Source of the DNA: Dehalococcoidia bacterium
Lineage (GTDB): Bacteria; Chloroflexota; Dehalococcoidia; Lucifugimonadales; UBA1123
Reading direction: 5' to 3'
NCBI GenBank assembly: GCA_965202965.1
Contig: CBDBCQ010000001.1
Location: 6,626-70,625 of the forward strand
Length of the DNA stretch: 64,000 bases
Position 1 is the stretch's first letter, and each line of letters opens with the position of its first letter. The translations under genes were made by a program, and so were the position numbers. Shown piece by piece: positions 25,805 through 33,720 of the stretch. The notes below the pieces were generated by a model that saw only the letters and a program-made list of their open reading frames with translations, was not told where the DNA came from and ran no database searches.

Positions 25805-27852
25805 TGTCATTTGAAGCATACGCCGCTGATAAAAGCGTTCTGACGTTTACGCTGCGCGAGTCGGCCGATACGGCAAAGTTCTCACTAATCCCGGACGGGG
25901 TGAACGCTGACGGCAACCATATCGCCCACCTGGTCCTGAAAGAGGGACAGCAGCTTGACTACGAGAGCCAGCACACCTATCTGATCGGCGTGCAGGTGTC
26001 AGCCGAAGGCGGACCTGTCACCGAGGTCCTGCTGCGTCTGAGAATCACCGACGTCGACGAGACAATACCCACTCCTACAGTTTCACCCACACCCACAACT
26101 TCGCCCGTTCCCACACCCACAGTGCCTGCCGATCCCTGCTTCGAACCGATCTCAGGCAGTGTCAGCATCGTAAGAAGCTGGGACGCATCCTGCTTGTCCG
26201 TGAACAGGCCCAACACCGAAGGGCCGGGCGACTACTACGCGCGCTTTTTCACATTCTCGCTCGAAGAGACCGCGATGGTGACCATAACCCTGACCTCCGA
26301 AGTCGATACTTACCTGTATCTGATGAAGGGTTCGAGCAAAGACGGGGAGATCGAAGCGGAGAACGACGACATCGTTCCAAACTCTAACTACAACTCCGGT
26401 ATCAAAGACCAGGAGCTGGACCCGGGCGACTACACCATCGAAGCAACGGCATTCGATGAGCGAAAGAGCGGCAACTTCAGGCTTACAGTGAGCGGACTGC
26501 CGGCTACCGAGCAGCCACAGAGCGACTGCTCGACCGGGGCCGCAGTGCCGAACCCGGACGACGACACCGAACTGGTGACAGACTGTGAGACGCTTCTGGG
26601 TCTCAAGGATGCGCTGGCGGGCACCGGACTGCTTAACTGGTCGGCAGATGTCCCAATCGAAGACTGGAACGGAATCACCGTCAGCGACTCTCCCAGGCGG
26701 GTGACGCATCTGAGCCTCGACCGGAGCGGTTTGAGCGGGACAATTCCTCCCGCTCTGGGCAGTATTTCCGCGCTCAAGGTACTGTCTCTTTCCGGTAACG
26801 GTCTGAGCGGGACGATCCCAGCCGAACTGGGCAACCTTTCGAACCTGACGGAACTGTCGGTCGATACCAATCAGTTGACGGGAGAGATACCTGCCGAGCT
26901 GGGCAATCTGGCCAATCTCAGAACGCTATCGCTCGCTGACAACCAGCTGAGCGGACAGATACCGGTCGAACTGACCTACCTTTCAAGTCTCGAAGAGCTG
27001 AACCTGTCAGGCAACAGCCTGAGTGGCTGCATACCGCCGGCGCTGCAGGATATAGCGACCAACGACCTGTCGGAACTGGGCCTGTTGCCCTGCGCATCGG
27101 GCAAGTGCTCCACAGGCAGCGCGGTCGAGAACCCTGCTGAAAACCCCGGACTGGTCGCGGACTGCAACGCGCTCCTGGGGATGATGCGCATACTCGGGGG
27201 GAGAGCGTCGCTGAACTGGTCGGACGACACTTCAATAGAAGACTGGGAAGGCATCACCACCGGCGGATCACCCAGGCGCGTCACGCACCTGGAACTCAAC
27301 AGCCGGGGATTGACCGGAAGACTGCCGCTTACTCTGGGCACATTGTCCGAGCTCCAGATCCTCTGGCTTGCCAACAGCCAGATAACAGAAGGAATACCGG
27401 CTGAACTGGGAAGTCTCAGCAACCTGAAATGGCTGAATCTATCCGGGAACCAACTGGGTGGAGAGATACCAGCCGAGCTGGGCGGCCTCGCGAGCCTGGA
27501 ACTCCTGAACCTCAGCGACAATCGACTGAGTGGGGAGATGCCAGGGGAACTGGGCAGTCTCAGCAATCTGAAGGATGTGTACCTGCAGAACAATCTTCTG
27601 GATGGACAGCTGCCACCGGAGCTTGGCAGTCTCTCCAACCTGGGAAACCTGTCCAACCTGGAGCAGTTGCGGCTGTCCCAGAACCAGTTGACCGGGGACA
27701 TACCTGCTGAGCTCAGCAACCTCCCGAACCTGGAAGAGTTGTACCTGTTCGGCAACCGGCTGAGCGGCTGCATACCCGAGGACCTGCAAGACGTGCCAGA
27801 AAATGACCTGTCGTTGCTTAACCTGCCGGATTGCGAGGCAGATGACGAATAG
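25804..27852 (+). CDS. Cadherin-like + PPC-domain + double LRR-block protein with no signal peptide of its own
   Basis: Cadherin-type start (AADKSVLTFTL...LRITDVDE), a PT linker, and a PPC-like block (DYYARFFTFSL...DTYLYLM...ENDD...GDYTIEATAFDE..GNFRLTV). Two LRR blocks are each preceded by C..LL..KDAL.G...LNWS...PIEDW.GIT caps. It ends LNLPDCEADDE, without an EF-hand tail. Confidence 0.8.
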   Translation: MSFEAYAADKSVLTFTLRESADTAKFSLIPDGVNADGNHIAHLVLKEGQQLDYESQHTYLIGVQVSAEGGPVTEVLLRLRITDVDETIPTPTVSPTPTTSPVPTPTVPADPCFEPISGSVSIVRSWDASCLSVNRPNTEGPGDYYARFFTFSLEETAMVTITLTSEVDTYLYLMKGSSKDGEIEAENDDIVPNSNYNSGIKDQELDPGDYTIEATAFDERKSGNFRLTVSGLPATEQPQSDCSTGAAVPNPDDDTELVTDCETLLGLKDALAGTGLLNWSADVPIEDWNGITVSDSPRRVTHLSLDRSGLSGTIPPALGSISALKVLSLSGNGLSGTIPAELGNLSNLTELSVDTNQLTGEIPAELGNLANLRTLSLADNQLSGQIPVELTYLSSLEELNLSGNSLSGCIPPALQDIATNDLSELGLLPCASGKCSTGSAVENPAENPGLVADCNALLGMMRILGGRASLNWSDDTSIEDWEGITTGGSPRRVTHLELNSRGLTGRLPLTLGTLSELQILWLANSQITEGIPAELGSLSNLKWLNLSGNQLGGEIPAELGGLASLELLNLSDNRLSGEMPGELGSLSNLKDVYLQNNLLDGQLPPELGSLSNLGNLSNLEQLRLSQNQLTGDIPAELSNLPNLEELYLFGNRLSGCIPEDLQDVPENDLSLLNLPDCEADDE

Positions 27853-27894
27853 GAAATCCTTCTGCTTATTTCCGAATAATGGAGAAGTGCTGAA

Positions 27895-30516
27895 TTGAAT
27901 AAGCTACTGACTAACAAGAACTGGAAATCGGCATCACCTCTGGTAGTGGCATCGGCTGTTCTGGTTGCTCTGATGATATGGATACTGACGGGCGACGACG
28001 TAGCGCGACTTCAGGCGCAGACGCCGGACGAAGAAGCGCCTAGATTCGCAAACATGGACCTGCTGCTCAATGAGATAGCCCAGCAGTACCAGATGGGATC
28101 GTTCACGACAAGCGCCGCCGCCAACGCCCCCGTGAGTGGCGGAGAGTCAGTGGGCGTAATCTTCCTGACGGAAGCGGGAGAAGCCGATGACATTCGGGAC
28201 TTCCTTCTGGGAAACGGCGCGTCGCCCGGTCCTGCGTTTGAAACCTTTATCGGCGCAGACGTGCCCGCGAGTCTCTTGGCGGAGGCGTCGCAACAATACG
28301 GCGTTAACTGGATGCAGACGACCATTCCGCCGCGCGTAGTGCAGAGCGATTCGCCATCGGCGATTTCGCCGGAGCATGGCGCTGATGTCTGGCATCAGGC
28401 AGGCATCAGAGGAGAAGGTGTAAAGATTGGTGTGATCTCGCACGGCTTCGAAGGCTTTGAGGACACGATGGGCACGGCGCTGCCGGATTCAGTCGAAGCT
28501 AGGTGCTACGTTGGCTACGGTGTTTTCTCCGTGGACGTTGAAGACTGCGGCCATGATGATTCGGAAGAAGGTGAGGTCGGTCCCGGAACGGTTGCCGCAC
28601 AGGCCGTATTCAGCATCGCTCCGGAGGCTACCTACTACATCGCGCACGTCAACGACTCGATAGACTTCTTTGCTGCCACAAGGTGGTTCATTGCGAACGA
28701 GGTGGATGTAGTCGACAACTCACTCTTGTGGGTGTGGACGGGGCCCGGCGACGGCACGTCTCCCTTGACACTGAGCGCCCTGAATACTGTCGACGAAGCC
28801 GTGGCTGGAGGGATCACCTGGGTCACGCCCGCAGGAAACGACGCACAGGCCACCTGGTTCGGCAGCTTCGATGACGCCGACGGAAATGGCTTTCACAACT
28901 TTGCCGAAGACGGTGAAGACGAATGCAACAGGGTGGAAGTCGTCGCCGACGAGTTCTACTTTGCGCTTCTGCGGTGGGAAGGCGATTGGGATGCAGGCAC
29001 GGACGATTCGGATGACATAGACTTGACCGTGTATCTCGTACATGAAGACACTTCAAGAATCGTGAGGAGAAGCTTCAGCCCCTACTGGATACGCGCCGTC
29101 AACGCGCCTCTCAAGTATCTCTTCTTCTCCGCTCGAGACATCGAAGAAGATACATACTGCCTGAAGGTGGAACTTAGCGAAGGAGACGCTCCGGACTGGA
29201 TACAGCTGCAGTCGTTCTTCGGCAAGGAACTAGAATACCACACTTCCCATGGCAGCATCGGCAGCCCGGCAGAGAGCGCCAACCCAGGCCTGATAGCGGT
29301 TGGCACGGCTTCCCTTGAAGACCCGAACGTAATCTGGGAGCGTAGCAGCCAGGGCCCCACGCCTGACGGCAGGATCAAGCCGGACATCGTGGGCGGTCAG
29401 CACGAAGGCGAGGCGGAAGCGCACGGAGTAGAGGACCAGGAATATACGCCGGGCACGGGGCACGAGGCTGCGCATGTGGCAGGGCTTGCCGCGCTGGTAA
29501 AGCAGCGCTTTCCTGATTTTGAGCCGAAAGACGTAGCCGATTACCTGAAATCCAACGCCGAGGACCGCGGTGAGCCCGGCCCCGACAACACCTGGGGCTA
29601 CGGTTTCGCATTGCTTCCCGCATCGGACGCGGCAGACCCACCGGACCCGAATGTCTGCATACAGCGGATATTTGGCGATCAGACCATCGAGGGTGTCTGG
29701 AACGACACGTGCCTTTCAGATAACAGACCTGAAGATGAGGAAGGCCCCGGCGAAGGCGATTACTACGCTCGCTACTACACCATTGCGGTCGGTGAGAACA
29801 AACGGGTTACGATCAACCTGTCATCCGAAGAAGACACATACCTGTATCTCCTGGAAGGAGAAGGGAAGGACGGCGAAATAGTAGCGTCTAACGACGACGC
29901 CACCCGCTATCTCGACCTCAATTCCCGCATTGTGGTCGATAACCTGGAAGCCGGTACTTACACCATCGAGGCGACGACATATAATACAGACACCGGTGGC
30001 GACTTCTCGTTGACCGTGCAAACGTCGGATGCCGGCGAGGAGTCAGATCCCCTGCCGGTTCCCGCTCCTTCGGCGAGAGGGCCGTTCACCGAATTCAGCC
30101 GGGGCGCGGACCATGTCTGCGCTCTGCGCTCCGACGGGCGAATAGCGTGCTGGGGTGACGACGACTACGGCCAGTCATCGCCGCCTTCCGGCAAGTTTAC
30201 GGCAGTCAGTAGCGGTGAAGGTGGCAGCTGCGCGCTGCGAGATGACGGCGCGGCAGTATGCTGGGGTAGCTTCAAGGTCAGCCCTGGGTCCGATGACAAC
30301 GCGACTGGTCCGTTCACTGAGGTAAGCCGCGGCAGCGACCACGCCTGCGCGCTCGACTCCGACGGCGCGATAACCTGCTGGGGCTCGGACCGACACGGGC
30401 AGGCCACACCGCCGTCCGGCGAGTTCAGCGCCATCAGCAGCCACGAGCATGGCAGCTGCGCGCTGCGAAACGACGACGCGCTGGTCTGCTGGGGCAGCTT
30501 AGAGGTCAGTCCGTAA
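27895..30516 (+). CDS. Subtilase-fold pseudoenzyme (all three catalytic residues replaced) with a PPC-like domain and C-terminal RCC1-like repeats
   Basis: Collinear with the 506..4672 protease, with three changes: IGIIDTGF->IGVISHGF, AHGTAVAEAV->GPGTVAAQAV, GTSQASPHVAGLAALV->GTGHEAAHVAGLAALV. The C terminus carries four DH(V/A)CAL..DG...CWG..(D)YGQ..PP.G.F repeats (RCC1/BLIP-II-like). TTG start with a GGAGAAG SD and an N-terminal TM segment. Confidence 0.8.
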   Translation: MNKLLTNKNWKSASPLVVASAVLVALMIWILTGDDVARLQAQTPDEEAPRFANMDLLLNEIAQQYQMGSFTTSAAANAPVSGGESVGVIFLTEAGEADDIRDFLLGNGASPGPAFETFIGADVPASLLAEASQQYGVNWMQTTIPPRVVQSDSPSAISPEHGADVWHQAGIRGEGVKIGVISHGFEGFEDTMGTALPDSVEARCYVGYGVFSVDVEDCGHDDSEEGEVGPGTVAAQAVFSIAPEATYYIAHVNDSIDFFAATRWFIANEVDVVDNSLLWVWTGPGDGTSPLTLSALNTVDEAVAGGITWVTPAGNDAQATWFGSFDDADGNGFHNFAEDGEDECNRVEVVADEFYFALLRWEGDWDAGTDDSDDIDLTVYLVHEDTSRIVRRSFSPYWIRAVNAPLKYLFFSARDIEEDTYCLKVELSEGDAPDWIQLQSFFGKELEYHTSHGSIGSPAESANPGLIAVGTASLEDPNVIWERSSQGPTPDGRIKPDIVGGQHEGEAEAHGVEDQEYTPGTGHEAAHVAGLAALVKQRFPDFEPKDVADYLKSNAEDRGEPGPDNTWGYGFALLPASDAADPPDPNVCIQRIFGDQTIEGVWNDTCLSDNRPEDEEGPGEGDYYARYYTIAVGENKRVTINLSSEEDTYLYLLEGEGKDGEIVASNDDATRYLDLNSRIVVDNLEAGTYTIEATTYNTDTGGDFSLTVQTSDAGEESDPLPVPAPSARGPFTEFSRGADHVCALRSDGRIACWGDDDYGQSSPPSGKFTAVSSGEGGSCALRDDGAAVCWGSFKVSPGSDDNATGPFTEVSRGSDHACALDSDGAITCWGSDRHGQATPPSGEFSAISSHEHGSCALRNDDALVCWGSLEVSP

Positions 30517-30546
30517 AGGGTAAGGCGTGTCGGCAACCAGTCTGAA

Positions 30547-30570
30547 CTGAATGTCAACACGCCTTAATCG
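30547..30570 (-). repeat. 24-nt copy (1 mismatch) of the 9346-9369 element-end sequence
   Basis: The minus strand reads CGATTAAGGCGTGTTGACATTCAG; 9346-9369 on the plus strand reads CGACTAAGGCGTGTTGACATTCAG. It lies about 235 nt downstream of the tnpB stop at 30802 and 31 nt after the subtilase-like gene stop. Confidence 0.9.
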
Positions 30571-30801
30571 AATCGGAGTGCTGGCGGCTATCAGCAGGCA
30601 GTATGCGACGAGATGCCGCCGGACGAGAGGCAACAGCCTCGGGATCCGCCGTCCAAGGCTTGTCCGGTACAGACATCGAACCAGACCGCTCAAAGACAAA
30701 TTATGTGCGTTAAATGCTTTTATTATCCAAGAACGCTACTGAACCGTCCGCGCATGTGCACGGTTTTCCGGGCGCACGGCGGGTACGTCCGCCGTTGCAT
30801 T

Positions 30802-32067
30802 TTACACACTGACGCGCCCCGCGATGTCCGGTTCTCCCGCGGAGGAGAGCAGCTGCGCCATTCCCCTCGTCAGTATGTTCTGTGCTGCATTTACGCTCCT
30901 GTTCAGGTCAGAGCCGCAAGATTCGCATGAAAAGCGCACCCTTCTGACCTCGTCAGCGGTCTCAGCCTCCCGGATAACTCCGCAAGCGCTGCAGGTCCGG
31001 GAGGTGAGGGCGGGATCGACGCGCACGAACTGCATACCGGCACCTTCCGCCTTGTATGCGAGTATCTGCGCGAACTCCCCCCACGTCTGCTCGAGCATGG
31101 AGCGATTGGATATGGTCTTCACATAGACAGCCACTCCGGACATGTCCGGAGTGGCACGCGCACTTGCCGTAAGTTTCTGGACCTCCAGGTCCTCGACAGC
31201 GAAGCAGTCGTACTTCTTCAGCAGCTGCGCAGTTATGCGATGCAGCTCGTTGCGGTTGCGAATCTGCTCCCTGTGGCTGTGCTTTCGCAGCTGCGCGGCG
31301 GTCTTTTCTCTGGACTTCGAGCCCATCTTCTGTCTCGCGACCCTGCGCTGCAGTCTGCGGCGGGGTCTGTTGTCCACGTGCCGACGCTCCACCGCCGTAC
31401 CGTCCGAAAATCCCCAACGCACGCGGCTGAGTCCTGCGTTTATGCCGACCGGGTTCTTCGCCCGCTCGATCCGAGGGTCTGCCTCGAGATGGTTGAAGAC
31501 AAGATATAGGTAGATACCATTGGGCCTGCGGCTGATGCGGATCTCGGCCGGCTGCACATCCACCGGCACGCGTGCGTCCTTGAAACGCAGCAGGGGCATG
31601 CCCTTGATTCTCACCGTACCCTTACCGGTATCGGCATCGACGCGCACGTCGCGGCTGTCGCCGGAATAGATCTCCAGTGTCTTCCAGCGCCTGGATGACT
31701 TGAAACGCGGATAACCCGGCGATTCACCCGCTGAGACGCGGCGATGAAAGGCCTCGAAGGCCCTGTCCAGCCTCTTGAGAGTGCCGACCTGCACTCGTCT
31801 GTTGAGCGCGCCCTCGATATCCGGGAAGTCCCTGCGGACCGCGGTAAGCGAGCGACTCTGCTCGATGTAGCCGATTCTCTTTCGATGTCCTTTCCAAGCA
31901 GTGGCCCGTTCCTGAAGTGCGGCATTGTACAGGAGACACTGCTGCGCCAGCACCTCATCAAACCGGATGTGCCCTGCCCTGCTGAGGTAGGCGCGGGTGC
32001 GGTAGGTGCGGATTATCCTTGGCCGCTCTGTCGAGGCGGCATCAGTTGGCGCGTTGGCAGTCGTCAT
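30802..32067 (-). CDS. tnpB: Full-length TnpB homolog with Asn at both the RuvC-I and RuvC-III Asp positions (predicted nuclease-dead)
   Basis: Collinear with the 54590..55774 TnpB. VGIDLGV corresponds to VGINAGL (D->N), IAIEDLKV to FAVEDLEV (E kept), and MDADVNAS to LNRSVNAA (D->N, D->S). The zinc finger is intact (CSACG...CESCG) and the ORF is uninterrupted at 421 aa. Confidence 0.85.
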   Translation of the reverse strand: MTTANAPTDAASTERPRIIRTYRTRAYLSRAGHIRFDEVLAQQCLLYNAALQERATAWKGHRKRIGYIEQSRSLTAVRRDFPDIEGALNRRVQVGTLKRLDRAFEAFHRRVSAGESPGYPRFKSSRRWKTLEIYSGDSRDVRVDADTGKGTVRIKGMPLLRFKDARVPVDVQPAEIRISRRPNGIYLYLVFNHLEADPRIERAKNPVGINAGLSRVRWGFSDGTAVERRHVDNRPRRRLQRRVARQKMGSKSREKTAAQLRKHSHREQIRNRNELHRITAQLLKKYDCFAVEDLEVQKLTASARATPDMSGVAVYVKTISNRSMLEQTWGEFAQILAYKAEGAGMQFVRVDPALTSRTCSACGVIREAETADEVRRVRFSCESCGSDLNRSVNAAQNILTRGMAQLLSSAGEPDIAGRVSV

Positions 32068-32515
32068 CAGACATCACTATAACCGACTACTCGCTGGTAT
32101 TGGAGATGGAAAACGTGCAAATTGAAGGTATTACTTTCACTTTGCACGATAACCAATTCTAAGGGGTCTGACAGTCGTCGTCCATGTGAAAAGACGTGCT
32201 GTCTGAGCGGAGAACTGTAGTGAGTAGAGGCCACTAACGGCCGTTGGCCTGCAATCGTCGTGACCATTTATCCTGAAAACTCAGAAGATGCGCCGAAACA
32301 GAAGATTATCAGAAGGTCGGTGAATTGGCGAATGAGGGAAATTGAGGAAGAAAATGGCATCAGTTCCTTCCCCCTTGATGAGGGAAGATCAGGATGGGAG
32401 TGAAAACACCTCTCTATCTTCCTAAGCCACAATGATGCAATTTTCTCGTGAGAGGAGGCGCATCATTCGCGGGGAGAGGTAGGTCAAATGCCCGGAAAGG
32501 TGTGCCTCCTCAGGA

Positions 32516-32962
32516 TCAGGTACTCCTACTCAGCCTGTCAGGATCAAGCGTCCACCACTCCTTGCAATATCCCCCACAGTCATCTAGCCCAACTGGATCA
32601 AACGGCCTGTCATACCGATATGCCTTGCCGCGCAAGGGATAACGTTTGTCTGTGCTCTGAACAGGCTTGACCTTCCATTTCGGTTCAGGTTCCAACATGA
32701 AGGCCCTCCCATATTCCAGGATACAGAGGAGCGGATTTGCGCTATTCACGCCGATCACCCGGTAGATTTCGACGTCACCGCTCACCAGAGCATCGTGTTG
32801 CTTCTGGCCAGACACCACAAGATTGTTCCAGATGTCATCCGACTCTGTCCCCTTGACCTCGATTCTCGTCACATAGCCTGCTGGTAGCCGTCGTGACCAT
32901 TTATCCTTAAAACTCAGAAGATGCGCCGCGCGCAGGATAGCATAAAGAGGAATACAGTTCAC
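32516..32962 (-). CDS. Hypothetical protein (148 aa), no family recognised
   Basis: An intact ORF in an otherwise IS-scarred interval. About 42 nt of its 5' part (32890-32931) is duplicated at 32249-32290. Coding status is uncertain. Confidence 0.35.
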   Translation of the reverse strand: MNCIPLYAILRAAHLLSFKDKWSRRLPAGYVTRIEVKGTESDDIWNNLVVSGQKQHDALVSGDVEIYRVIGVNSANPLLCILEYGRAFMLEPEPKWKVKPVQSTDKRYPLRGKAYRYDRPFDPVGLDDCGGYCKEWWTLDPDRLSRST

Positions 32963-33009
32963 ATCAGACGTTACAGGTATCTATAGGGGAAAATCTTACA
33001 CCTAACCAT

Positions 33010-33705
33010 GGGAATTACAGAAGTAACAACCTTCTGTATTTACGCCGCGTCCAGCGCGGCGGCGGCGAAATTCCCGCCCGCCAGTGCCTTATGCAAGATG
33101 TTCCTAGCGGCATTTATATCCGCGTCTTCAGTCATCCCGCACTCGGCGCAGTCGTATCTCTTGCGTCGTCTGTGTTCAGCAGAAACCACTCCGCAGCCGG
33201 AGCACCTCTGCGATGTGAACTTCGGATCAACGGACACCAACTCCCTACCGGCCCATGCTGCCTTATAGTGGAGTTGATGGCGTATCAGTCCCCAGGTCTG
33301 TTCGCTTATGCTTCTGTTTAGCCCACTCTTTCGCCTCACATTTTTGCCAGGCTCCTCAATCGTGCCTTTAGCCGAGGCAGTCATATAGCCTATCTTCAAA
33401 TCTTCGATGGCGACCAAGCCGAATCGTCTAACAATGTCCGTAGTGACGCGATGGCACTCGTTGCGGTTCCTGACGCGCTCTCTGTCCTGGGCGTTGGCCA
33501 GAACCGCACGCCGCTGCTTCCAGCGACGACTTCCTTTCAGACAACGAGACATCCTCTGCTGAGCACGCTAATTGGGCTTGCGCCTTCTACCGAGACGCTC
33601 GCCAGTCGAAAGAGCTACTCTGTCCAAAACACCCATATCCAACCCAACAGCATTGTTGTTGGGTTGCAACGGCTCGTGCTCAACCGCGTACGCGAGATTC
33701 ACCGG
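33010..33705 (-). pseudogene. tnpB: tnpB pseudogene of the 54590..55774 family, 5'-truncated by insertion of the next tnpB element
   Basis: ORF 33040..33552 matches the C-terminal half of 54590..55774 (RWKQRRAVLANAQDRERVRNRNECH...IEDLK...CSGCG...CAECG..EDADINAARNIL...AAALDAA). Upstream, 33553-33705 still encodes VGLDMGVLDRVALSTGERLGRRRKPN with an in-frame stop. The GGGAATTACA terminus is retained at 33010-33019. Confidence 0.8.
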
Positions 33706-33720
33706 TCTTTAGAATCTATG

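Noticed and set aside
23853-27852. Plant-type LRR genes as eukaryotic contamination or a chimeric contig.
   Set aside because: The genes are intronless and have bacterial signal peptides or TM segments and SD sequences. They are fused to bacterial-type domains (metzincin, PPC, cadherin-like) and are interleaved with TnpB/IS elements and TA modules on the same strand context.
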